Assembly: GCA_051362555.1 (NCBI GenBank) | Contig: CM120647.1 | Coordinates: 20,188,651 to 20,252,650 of the forward strand | Reading direction: 5' to 3' | Origin: Lingula anatina | Taxonomy: Eukaryota; Animalia; Brachiopoda | DNA: 64,000 bases | In this document: positions 48,142-59,738 of the stretch, one piece after another | How the letters are laid out: each line of letters starts with the position of its first letter | Numbering within the stretch: position 1 is the stretch's first letter | Position numbers and translations under genes: made by a program | Notes under the pieces: model-generated | The model's input: the letters and a program-made list of their open reading frames with translations, nothing else | The model's database searches: none | What the model was told of the DNA's origin: nothing

Positions 48142-49915
48142 ATCGCCAATGCTGTTAAAGATAATTTAGATAGAAGTGGGTCATGAACACATAAACGCGA
48201 CAATACCAAAATAGAGGCAGGGGCCAGAGTTCGTGCAAGTGGAACGTTTTAAATTAAAGAAAGTGTAGTCGTGCTGTAGATGCAAGGACACACATTTCAA
48301 TCAAAACCTTATTATGAATATACTGTAAGCATTTTAAGTTTTTATGTTTTGTTTTTTGCATGTTCCGATACGTGAATTTCCGCGTAAAAGGCTGGTTACA
48401 TTCCAGTATCTCCTTGTTGTTTAATGTCATATATGCCCACAGATCAACACAGCAAAGTGCAAATAAAGCTTTTTGGTCATTTAAATTAAGAATAATTGCA
48501 TGCTGTTTTCTTTCTACGTAATAAGGAACATAATCTGTGGTTCTTGTCTTTGTTTATTTTTTTGTGGACATTTTTATGGTCTACTCTTATCTTTTTATCC
48601 TGTACTTCCTAAGTGTATACGAATGTTAAGTATTCTGGAATTGGTTGAAAGTTAGAAGAACGTTTTTAGTGAACCGTTCCTTTTTAGTTATACGCGCTTT
48701 TTGCATTGATTTATTACAAATGCTATATATATTGTTTTTTATTTATTGTCTTGTGGATTTTTGCTCTTGTTTGCAAGTAATCGAAATGTATTTGGCTTTG
48801 AAGTGTTTTATTGGTATTAAACAAAATGACTCTCAATAATGCGATTATTGAACTTTTGACGTGCAGAACAAATGCGAGAAAATTGTGACAAATATATTAC
48901 GTCCTGTAGTTAAATGCGGTTTACTGTCAAGTAATTTACTCGCACCTGCAATAGCAATTATTTGAATGAAGTCATTTGTCTCTACACAACTATGTGAAAT
49001 ATACGTTTAATTTGAAGCGGTATAATGGCATGCGATCGAAATGACGGCAAAATTGCTCATCCTTGTGTAAATCAAGGGACATAGATAACGAGCTGTTGCC
49101 CCCCCCCCTCCCTCCCTCCTCACAAGTTTTATTAGGAAAACACCGCATTTTTAATCTTTAAATCTACAAAGCTGTAGCCTTTTCCTTTTTCCACTCCATC
49201 GAAAGTGCGTTGCTTTTCCTTCAGTCAGCGTTTAGTTGACAAAGACACTGCTTACACGAATTGTGGGTCTTCAACAGCTGCCCCCCCTCCATCAGTCATT
49301 TTAATTAGCCTACAGACATGAAATATTCTCTTTCAAAAGGGAGAGAGAACTACATCAGAATAAGTGTCAACTGAAATGCAGGTGTAATGTTAGTAATTGA
49401 CAGCCACAAGTGAATAAGGAGCGGGAGTGTTTTGTAGAGTAACTGAGTTAATTGACATGCTCTTGTGATACTTATACAACTGTGTATAATGTAAACGGAG
49501 AGAAGGTCGCTAGAGATTGTGTGAGGTAATGGTAGAGATGGAGAGAAAGCGGCGCGGGAACTAACTGTAAAGTCTTTCATAAATAATATGAAAGCTTATA
49601 ACAGAGTTGTATTTACTACCTCACGTAACAGCAAAAGACAAATACAACTTTGTCACACTCGTAAAGCTGTACCAACAAACTCTGTTCACTGACATGGACC
49701 TTGCTGTTTCAATAGAACCATTGGGCAAACATCAATCTAATAACTTAAAATGAGACCTAAATTGCGACACATAGAGATATTTTCACTAGATATTCACTAA
49801 TATTTCACCGGTTGATAACCTGCAGATATGTATTTCTTCACTGCGAGATGCACCAAAAATTTGCACAGACGTCATGACGTCATTACCGAGCTGGCCTCTG
49901 GTTGTGACTAAGGAA

Positions 49916-51440
49916 GGGCCCATTCCCAAGAAAATGTCGTTCTACGTAGATCGATCCAACTCCGCGGGGACTCTCTCGGACTGCAATCAAATTAACGGAT
50001 TAACACGTCTCCTCTTTTTTCTAAGGTAATCGTATAACCACCAGATGTCTCTGCAATCTACCCAACGTCAGGAGGTGTGTTAATCAGTGCTCCTGACTGC
50101 ATTCAGCGCAGGAGTCCCTGCAGAGTTGGACGGATCTAGCCAGAACGATAGTATCATTGGGAATGTGCCCTAAGGAGTAACCATCGTAACCCGGTACTGT
50201 TATTAGTGTCATTAGGATATTGAATACGGGGGCCTGGATACAGGCTGCTGTCAACTAGACAATTTGACACCTGTTTAAACGTTGAAGTCAATCCAATATC
50301 AAATGTACAATGGAGGCATGTAAAGACATGATTGACAATCGAGGAGAAGTCGACCAGAGGCGGATCAATAGACGGCAGCACCTTCATAACTCGAGCTTCA
50401 GGTTTTTTAAGGCGCCCTCGAAAAAATGCGGTTAATTAATCGATCCAGGACAACCGAATAGATTTAATCATTGGTTTGAATATCGTGTTTTGTTCCTAAA
50501 TATAAACTTAACGTCATATTGCGTGATTTTTCATTATTTTATGGAATCGTTTTTGAAAAACAAGTTTTCAAATCTTCAAACAACTTGTTTTACCATTTTT
50601 CTCAGTCCAAAATTGGCAGCATTTCAACTGTTCCTTTGTCCCATTTCCTGCTACTCTCTCTCCCCCCTTCTTGACTGATATAGATAATTCGACCATTTAT
50701 ACATTAATAACAAGCGAGTCAAATCCCTCATTAAGCCAAGACGTAATACTAAATCCACGTATCACTCAAGGGCTTTCCGGTTTAGACAGATTTTATTCGC
50801 TCACCTGTCTACTGCATGTTATTTGTATGGTTTGGTGCATTCTGACGAATGAGATGTAAAGCACATTTGGAACAGCGGACTCACATAACCGCGGATCAAC
50901 CGATATACCGAAGATTTGAATGCTTGTTGTGTAGGGACCCGCGGGAATCTATTCATTACCTAAGCAGAAACTGCGCGGCTATTTTTAAAGCGGGTCGCCA
51001 TATTTGATCTGCGGATCAGTTAGTCCGCTGTCCTGAATGCATACTGTATGGTTTGGTTCATTCTGAGTAGGGAGATTTCAGAACAGCTGATCCTCTGATC
51101 TTCTGATCCGTGGATCAAATATGGCGGACCCTACATGAAAGGAAGACCGCTAAATCCAGTAATGGTCTCTGCATCTCCACACGCGCCGTCACTGCAGGGG
51201 CCTTGCAATTCATTCTCGGAACTGAGCTTAAATCCGTTAAATGGCGCTTGTGGAGGCAGGGAGACCATTGTGGGATTTAGCGGTCTTGCTTTCATGTATG
51301 GTCTGCCATATTTGATCCGCCTATCAGTAGATCCAATGATCATCTGTTCTGAGTGGGCTCTAAGAGTACCTGTCACCACTAACACATTTGCATGGACCTT
51401 TTTTGTTTTTGGAAAACGGAATCGTAACAAGCAATAAAAT
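49916..51440. mobile_element. Cluster of MITEs (49916-50170, ~50860-51040, ~51075-51360)
   Basis: Inverted ends GGGCCCATTCCCAA / TTGGGAATGTGCCC and palindromic GATCAAATATGGCG..GCCATATTTGATC cores. Most of this segment is absent from the paralogous region near 42200. Confidence 0.6.
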
Positions 51441-52397
51441 TCCTTTTCTACGGATTCTCATATATTTATTTAAATAAAAACAAAATAAATTTTATATTCA
51501 CTATGTATATATTAAATATTTGAGCATTTTGTCAGAATTGGGCTATGAAATTGCTGCGTGCAACGACCCTGCCTGATTAAAAGCTATGACAGTAGATGCA
51601 TGTTTAAGAAATCTAATACTTATTCGACGAAATAAAATTATTAAACAAAGCGCTTTTAGCAAATTTATGCAATTTCCAAATGCCCGCAACTTTTGTATTA
51701 TTTTGAATATTTCACAAAGAATAATATCAGAAGTAAAATAAGTCATTTTAACTAAATAAAACCACTCAGCAATTTTAAAGTAAAACTAGACAGCAAAGCC
51801 GGAAAATATACAGACACCATACAGGAAACAAGCTAGCAAAGCTGGCAAATGTGAAAAAAAAATCACAGGTAAGCAATAATTACCGTGAATGTTAACCGAT
51901 CTTGCCGATTTTTAAAATCTGCCTCCTCTTTACCAAACAAAGCCACTCAGTAAAAATGTATAACAAAATACGGTTTGGAAGTTATGTTGAGAACGTCATG
52001 TGTCAGACAGCGACAGCTCCGACAGACAGACCAATAAGAGTATAATCAGACACTTACAGTTTCTGTATATACCATAAATAATTTTGACAATTATGGTACG
52101 AACGGCACTAAAATACATGCAAATTTAAATAAAACAAAAAAGTGATGAAAAACATCCAGTGTCTGTTGATGAAATACAATTCGATATCAGAAAAACAGAC
52201 TTTACTTCTCAAATACATGTAATCGTTGCACTTAATACAACAGCATAAAAAAGGCAGTGACGTTAGTGATGATGTCAGCTTGCAGGCAGACACAGTCCAT
52301 AAATAACATTAACCGGATCAAGCATGTAGGGATGTAAAAGTCGTGGAAATGCTCAACTTAGTTTCCTTTTCAAATATATATTACAATTAGTTTTAAC

Positions 52398-54372
52398 CCT
52401 TAAGGAGCCTTTTAGTAGGGTGTTAGTTGATCGTGTAGGACTTTTTCCTAGAACTAGGTCAGAGAACCAGTATTTACTTACCATAATGTGTACCTCCACT
52501 CGATTCCCTGAAGCTAAACCCCTAAGGACTATTAAGGCAAAGGCCATAGTCAAGACCCTTACTAAATCTTTCTGTTTTGTAGGCACACTCAAGGCTATTC
52601 AGTCAGATTAGGTTTCAAACTTTATGTCTGGGTTGTTTCAGGAGGTCATGCATGAATTAGGTATCAGGCAGTATAAGTCTTCTGCTTTCTACCCTGATGC
52701 ACTTGAACGCTTTAATCAGACCCTAAAAAATACTAAAAAAAACATCATGTTGCCAGAATGAAAAAAACTGAAATGAAGGGATTCACTTTGTGCTGTCTGC
52801 TGCACGAGAAGCTGTTCGGGAGACCCTGTTCAACTAGTGTTTGGTCATACTGCCAGGGGACCATTGCAATTATTGAAAAAGAAATGGCTGACTGAGACTA
52901 GTGATGTTAATCCTTTAGACTGTCTCTCCTTTCAATGAAAGATTATTCAGCTTAAGAAAATCTCTAGAAATCTCTAACAAAAATGAAAATATGGTATGAT
53001 AAAGATACTAGGAACAGAGAATTCAAACCAGGTGAAAATGTTCTTGTATTTTTGCCTATCGATGGTCAACCTTTACAAGACAGGTATTTTGGTCTTTAGG
53101 AAATTAAAAGGACGATGAGTGATGTTAACTATGCAGTTAAGACACCATGTCGGCAAAAAGGAAACGAGTGTGTTATGTGAACATGTTGAAAAAGTATTTT
53201 GATAAAAGTGACCGAAAGTTTGTAGAATCAGTTTCTATTGTGGCAAATATTAATTCATGTACTGAAAATGAAAATGATGTAGACACATGTAAAAAGGATT
53301 TAAATCAAAGTGTCCATTTGGAGTACTCCGAAAACCTGAGAGATCTTGATGTAAAACACGAACATTTGACCATCCATCAAATCCAAAGCGGTACAACGAT
53401 TGATTAATAACTATATTGCTATTTTCCCGGATGTTCCTAAAAAGACTAATGCTGACATCATTGTAGACTTTGCTTTGTCTATCAAACAACATCCATACCG
53501 ACAGCATCCATACCGATAAAGCTTCAGTATTTGCGAAAAGAGGTTCAGTATGTGCTTGAAAATGACATTATGGAACCAAGCAGTAATGATTGGAGTTCAC
53601 CATGCATTCTTGTACCAATGCCAGATGCAGTGCTAAATTTGTCAATAAATTTGACTTGCTAAAGGGTTACTGACTAGTAACCTTAATTGACAGAGCTAAA
53701 GTAATTTCAGCATTTGGGTCTCCTGTTGGACTGTAACAGTACAAATGTCACGTATTGTGAGTTATTCTTGTAGTATCGATGTTGCTTTGAGTTCCGTGAG
53801 TAATGTAATGAAATATATTTTAGAACCCAAACCGCGAGTTGTTTAATTTGTTAAGTATCTGCCGGTTAACTAGTGAGAGTACTTCTGGTAGGATACGAAA
53901 ACGTAAGATGCCATTCTGGATGAAAAAATCACCAGGCACCTTCCAACGAATGATTCACTCGCTTCTTCGTGATCTTAAAGCGCGAGAAGCCTACATTGAT
54001 GATGTCATTATCTACGGTGACACTTGGAGGGATCCTCTGCGGATAATGCGTTCTTCGACATTTTGGTAAAAGTAAACCTCACAGTGAACCTTGCAAAAAT
54101 TGACTTTTGTCATACTACTGTAGAGTATTTAGGTCATAAAGTAGGTCAGGGTTAAAATACACCTATCATGTCTAAAGTATAAGCTATCTCAAGTGTAAAT
54201 GAATGTCATTTTACACCCCATTCTTATATACAGACCACAATTCTCTCATCTTTTAGCACAAAATGTCTAAAAAGAATCAGACTGAAAAGATTGAGTTTGT
54301 TGTTACAAGAATATGATATTGTTATTAAACACATTAGGGGCAAAGGCAATGTCATAGCAGATGCTCTAGCAA

Positions 54373-54373
<1 letters not shown>
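52398..54373 (+). mobile_element. Degenerate Gypsy-type LTR retrotransposon pol with integrase upstream of RT (Gmr1-like order)
   Basis: Integrase core EPFSRVLVDRVG..YLLTIMCTSTRFPEA..IQSD.VSNFMS (~52400-52700); WYDKDTRNREFKPGENVLV (~52990); then RT KQHPYR..SNDWSSPCILVP, KFDLLKGY, MPF.MKKSPGTFQR, YIDDVIIY; and RNase H end KHIRGKGNVIADAL. Many stops and frameshifts. Confidence 0.85.
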
Positions 54374-54417
<44 letters not shown>

Positions 54418-55127
54418 TAACAAGATAATGACAATTTGAGATATGTTTATCTTTGTAAAATTATATTTGTTTGGTTGATTTTGTTAAGTTAATAAATTGT
54501 TAAATTCTAAATTGTGTTATTGATTTTCACTGGCGTCAGGGGGTACTCTGAACGGCAACATTATATGCATTATGTATATACTAAGGGAAACCTCACCTTA
54601 CTAGAATTGTAGGTTGCAGTTTATTATTTAGTACTAAATTCATGCTCAAACTACCTCCAGATAAATGAGTGTCAGGAATAGCACTGCATCGAATGTATGT
54701 GAGAGTAACTCTCGCCTATTCCAACTCCGACAGTGAACGAAGAAGGACTCATTGAGTTGAGAGTGCACGAAAGCGACTTTGGACAATTTGATTCTAGTAG
54801 TCGATTTCACGGAGAAATTTGAAAGAGAAGTAACTTTATGATAACTTACATATATCAGAAGGGATTTGGTGTGCGCTGTCTAATTTGATTCAACACAAAA
54901 TATTTTTCCAAAATATTATTGACAGCAACTTAGAAGAGCCATTAAAGTCGTATATATTATTCGCTGCAGCTTCCGAAGAAGATTCGTGACAGTGAAGCGT
55001 ATTTCTGGTAGGTAAAAGGTAAAAAATTATGTCTCAATATACAGAAAAAAGTACAGTATCCATTTTCGGTTTTCTCTCTCTCTCTCTCTCTCTCTTTGTC
55101 TTTTCCGTTAAAAGACTGTAAAATGCC

Positions 55128-57309
55128 AGAAGTAACGCCCAAACCACATCTGACAAAAGATTTCGTTTTTTATTTTGTTATATTACATCATTTTGACAAA
55201 CCTATGGCAGGAAATGGGGATGTTTACAAATGATAAACAAGTCTATTTTTGAGTGAAAAAATAGGCAAACAAACTAGACTCCCCATTTTTGTTTTAGGCA
55301 ACGGGATGACGTTACTGGACAGGAATGGAAACACCGAAAATAGTGCCATATTGTAAAGACAAATAAATGTATTTGTAAATAAAACATGTTTTTATATCAT
55401 AGCAGTGCGCAATGATTATGGTGAATAGAGAATGTAGTAGTTTTGTACACATTGAAATAACAGGACAATTTTATGTACAAAAGTTATGCATCAATTAAAC
55501 GCAAAACTAACTATTAGATAATTATAATTATCAGTATTACATAAAAACATTAGCCGTATGGCAGTGTGCCAAATGAGTCTATTTGAATGACACGTTTAGT
55601 GTACACAACACGATAAACTTTATCTTCTCTTTAAGAGAGTAGTTTAGTATGATCGGATCTTTTTAATATCTTTCACAAAACTTTTCAAAAGAATGATCGC
55701 GGATGTGATCAAAACATTTATTACATTTTGTACAGTAGTATGCTCTACCCATGAAAGCTGCTTCAGAAGTTATGACGTCATAATGCCCCTTATGATGAAA
55801 TAAAAGCAATTCTTTCAATTCTAGTCGTCCTTTAGGTATTTAACCCATAAAGGAATCGCCTGAGAACACAAATATTTGATAATCACTCAAGTTTGACTGA
55901 AACTTTTTTTAAATTTCTGGGATACCACAGGGACCTAACGACACACCAGCACTTCTATGCAGGTCTCGAGCGCGTCCTAATTGTTCGAGACAACGGTGAT
56001 CGATGAGTGTTTTTTATTCAAGATCGTTATTTACTTAAGCCAAAGCAACAACAAGTGCTCGAGCTAAACATATTTGATCCCCTAGCCCATTGAATGATCA
56101 AGCACATCGCATGGAGAAAACTCTGCATCCCCACTGAGCCTCGTTTTAATGTAGCTCCTCGGGGCATACTGACGTGACAAACAGTCAAAATCATAGAGGC
56201 ATAAAGAATTAACTCTTGAGATTGTAGAACTCTCATCAATTCGTTCAGAAAGAGCAGTAAATTCAGATACCTTCGTGAACGATATCTGATATGGGATAGT
56301 CTAATGTGTCAAATTGTTAAAAAATTGTCAAACTGACCAAACCATGACGAAGCACACCTTGAACCATGTCATTAATAAAACTTTGAATAAAAGTTCACAA
56401 AAAAAAAAAATAAATAAATAATAATAATAATAATAGAATCAAGACTACGATTTTCTAAATGTGAGAATGTGAGCTGACAGTCCGTGTTTACTGTCGAAAT
56501 TTTTTCATCCGTTTACTCGACGCGGATTATGAAATCTTCTATATTCCATCCCATGATTCCCATCCCTGGCTCACTTTCGACTTTCTCTACGATATTCGCC
56601 AAATGTTCATCAGTTACATTCGAACCATCCCATAAATCATCAACGCTCTCAAGCTCCGCATTCACTAAGTCGCCCTAATCAAAAATCACTCGTCTTCCCA
56701 CAAATTAGTAATGAACCCATCATACTTTGTGTCACCCACAATAAAATAGTTTTCAGGACACGGATAATGAAAGGAGGAGGTAATTTATAGAGGAATTCTC
56801 AAGCTGAAGCAATACCCTCTGTGCACGATATTTATTGATTTTCTGCAATACCGATAATCATTATATATTTTACATTTACAGGGTAGTTTTACTTTTAATA
56901 GATGCATAACTTTTGTACATAAATTGTCCTGTTATTTCAATGTGTACATAACGACTGCTATATTCACTATACACCACAATTATTTCGCACTGCTATGATG
57001 TATTTTCATGTTTAATAAAAACATGTTTTGTTCGAAAATATATGTGTCTGTCATTACACTGTAGGCCTACCACTTTTCTTCAGTGCTTTAATATCATGCC
57101 CATTCCTGTACAGTGACATCATTCAGTAACCATGGTGTAAACGTAAACAAAAATAGGGAGTCTAGTTTGTTTACCTGTTTTTTCACTCAACAAAAGACTT
57201 GTTTATTTTCAAACATCCCCATTGTCCGCTGTTAGTTTGTCAAAATGATGTAATATAACAAAACAAAAAAACGAAATCTATTATCCGATGTAGTCTGGGT
57301 GTTGCTTCT
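55128..57309 (-). mobile_element. Mini-Polinton/Maverick-like element copy B (TIRs ~430 bp)
   Basis: 55128-~55550 is the inverted counterpart of ~56830-57309; same degenerate pPolB-like fragment at ~55700-56700. Confidence 0.65.
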
Positions 57310-57615
57310 TATAATCATGCATGGAAATAATAATTACCAAATCTTTATCTCTTGATGCATTCCTTTACATATATGTATATGCGAACATTATTTTAAAAAT
57401 TGCAATAATTGGAAATTTAATCGGATACAATTATACACAGCGACGTGAAAAAGTGATGTTATTATTTTTTGTGATATATATTCATTTATTAATTAATTCG
57501 ATTTTTATTTTATTTTTTCTTTGTAAATTGGCAAGAAATACTGTGCGCTTTAAAATCCATTCCGAAGACGGTTAACAAGTTTGTAGATGGAATAGCTGTC
57601 GCACACGCACGCACG

Positions 57616-57646
<31 letters not shown>

Positions 57647-57944
57647 CTCACATTGTTGCTGTGAAATAAGCCTCCTACTTCATCTTCTCATTGCAGGAAA
57701 GATACAGTCAAACGACAGACGCAGCATCCCAGAAACCACATCGCTGTTGCTTCATCGAGAGAAAAGTGAATCAACGACAATCTGCACAAAAATAGTAGAA
57801 CCTCGTAAGAACACGTTTGCTTAAAAAAAAAGACTATCCAGCATAAGCAAACCGTTTCCGGATCACTTCGGAAATCGACACTGAAGTCTCAAAAAAGGTC
57901 AACCTGGGAATTCAAAAGATCGACCCTTAGGCACAAGTTTCATC

Positions 57945-58946
57945 ATGAATACCACAACTGCTTCTGTGGGCTTCGAATTCATCAGGAAACACCCAGGCCT
58001 GTCCCCACAGGAGCTCTGCTGGGTGTTCCAAGGAAAATGCTGGTGTGCCACGATCTACGTCCTGGTCATCACTGGATTCGTGGGGAGCCTCTTAACCTTT
58101 ATTGTTGTCCTCCGCAGTGAGAATCTGCGCTCAAAATCCACGTTCGTCTACCTATTGTTCTTGGCGGCGGTTGACGAGTTCGTGCTATTGAATCTCTCAG
58201 GGCAGTGCCTGTTCTTTCACCTGAAACCCCTGTCAACTGATCATGCCTGCGCGAACTATTCTGTGATGTACTTCTTGAATAACACGCTCGTGTATCTGTC
58301 CGTGATTTACGTGACGGCAGTGACGGTTGAGAGACTGATCATTGTGAAATGGCCGCTGAAAGCTGCATATCTGTGCCGAAGACGGACGGCCATCGTAGCG
58401 TGCGTCGTGACCGCGTTTGCCGTTGCGGCCTTCAACGGCTACCTACTGTCGATGTGCTACGTCGGGTTTGAAACGAGACGCTCTGTCGTGTTAACCGGCA
58501 AATACGTTTTCATCAGCATCCACGTCATCTTGTGTTTGACGATCGCCGTTTTAACGGCCATCATCATCTTCCAACTGTCGCGCTCCAGTGCCAGACGCCG
58601 GCAGATGTCGACGGCCACACCAGCAGCGAGCGCAGGTTCACGGTCAACAAGGGAGTCATTCGCCCAGAAAACCCACGTCTTGCTTCTGACCACGCCCATT
58701 TCTTTCACAATTTTGACGTGGCCCAAATATGGTTTTGACATCTGGTTGGTGACGATGGAGAATCAGGGGTTTCATGAAGACATACCGACGTTTTATAGCG
58801 TTATCAGACATGCGTTATTTTTGTTGAGTAAAGTAAACCATTGTATTAACTTTTACCTCTTTGTAGCCTCTGCGCGTGTTTTCAGAAACGAAATAAAACG
58901 CGCGTTTTGCAAACAAAGGGAGGACGTGCCGCGACGCCTGGATTGA
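57945..58946 (+). CDS. Class A GPCR copy 4 (333 aa; C-tail shortened by frameshift)
   Basis: Intact 7TM core. A net 4-nt deletion after helix 8 gives an early TGA; the old tail persists out of frame downstream. Confidence 0.9.
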   Translation: MNTTTASVGFEFIRKHPGLSPQELCWVFQGKCWCATIYVLVITGFVGSLLTFIVVLRSENLRSKSTFVYLLFLAAVDEFVLLNLSGQCLFFHLKPLSTDHACANYSVMYFLNNTLVYLSVIYVTAVTVERLIIVKWPLKAAYLCRRRTAIVACVVTAFAVAAFNGYLLSMCYVGFETRRSVVLTGKYVFISIHVILCLTIAVLTAIIIFQLSRSSARRRQMSTATPAASAGSRSTRESFAQKTHVLLLTTPISFTILTWPKYGFDIWLVTMENQGFHEDIPTFYSVIRHALFLLSKVNHCINFYLFVASARVFRNEIKRAFCKQREDVPRRLD

Positions 58947-59043
58947 CAAAAACGAAGTCACAGCCAGTTAACTTTCACGGTAGCACATGTAGAACAAGCG
59001 TGCGTACTGTATCAAGTTGTATGTAAAGTGTCAATGCTGTTAA

Positions 59044-59738
59044 GGATATTGTCACACTTCGCCCAAAACTCCTTATTTACTTCCTCACATACATTATTTT
59101 AGGTAAGAAATAAATCTTCAGTGTTCAGTGACTAAATTAATTAACATTTACACGTGTCGTCTTAAGGTTGACGTCATAATTTCGATTTTAGGGTAAAAAA
59201 AATGAAAATTGGTTTCTCAAATTTCTCTTTTACCTAAGCACCCACGATCACCGTTTTAACGCCGATTAAATGACAACATTTAGTATTACAAAACCCTGCC
59301 AACGATTTTCCTTACAATTCTTGGTTCAGATTTTACCGTTGATAGAGCAAATAATGTCTTTGCTTCATGAAATCTGTAATTAAGGGCTCATAACTTCATT
59401 ACAATAACATTTAAACAAAATTACGGCACAGGATTGTATCTTATACACTCATGTCAACTCTGCCAATTTTTGTGATGACAATCTTGTTCAGGGACGATGT
59501 TACGCACCAATCCAATTGCTTTTTCACCTCAAAATGGAAAGTTGTTTAATTTACGGTTAAAGGTTCGAGTTGCCAATGCTTTTACGTTGCAACAAAAATA
59601 TAAACGCTGCTATTTTATATTTTCGAATGTTTTTTCGTTATTTTAAATCAGCACAAAGATAGATGCATTATTGAATAATGAGATGCAGGAAAATACTCAT
59701 TTTCAGAATCTGGATGATAATTAAGGGTTACAATATCC
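59044..59738. mobile_element. ~695 bp TTAA-inserting (Kolobok-like) non-autonomous DNA transposon 3' of GPCR4
   Basis: TTAA|GGATATTGT ... ACAATATCC|TAAA; paralogs show the empty site GCTGTTAAAGAT. Confidence 0.7.

Noticed and set aside
32566-58741. Recurrent antisense ORFs MSKPY...
   Set aside because: Shadows of the GPCR coding strands, repeated only because the genes are duplicated.
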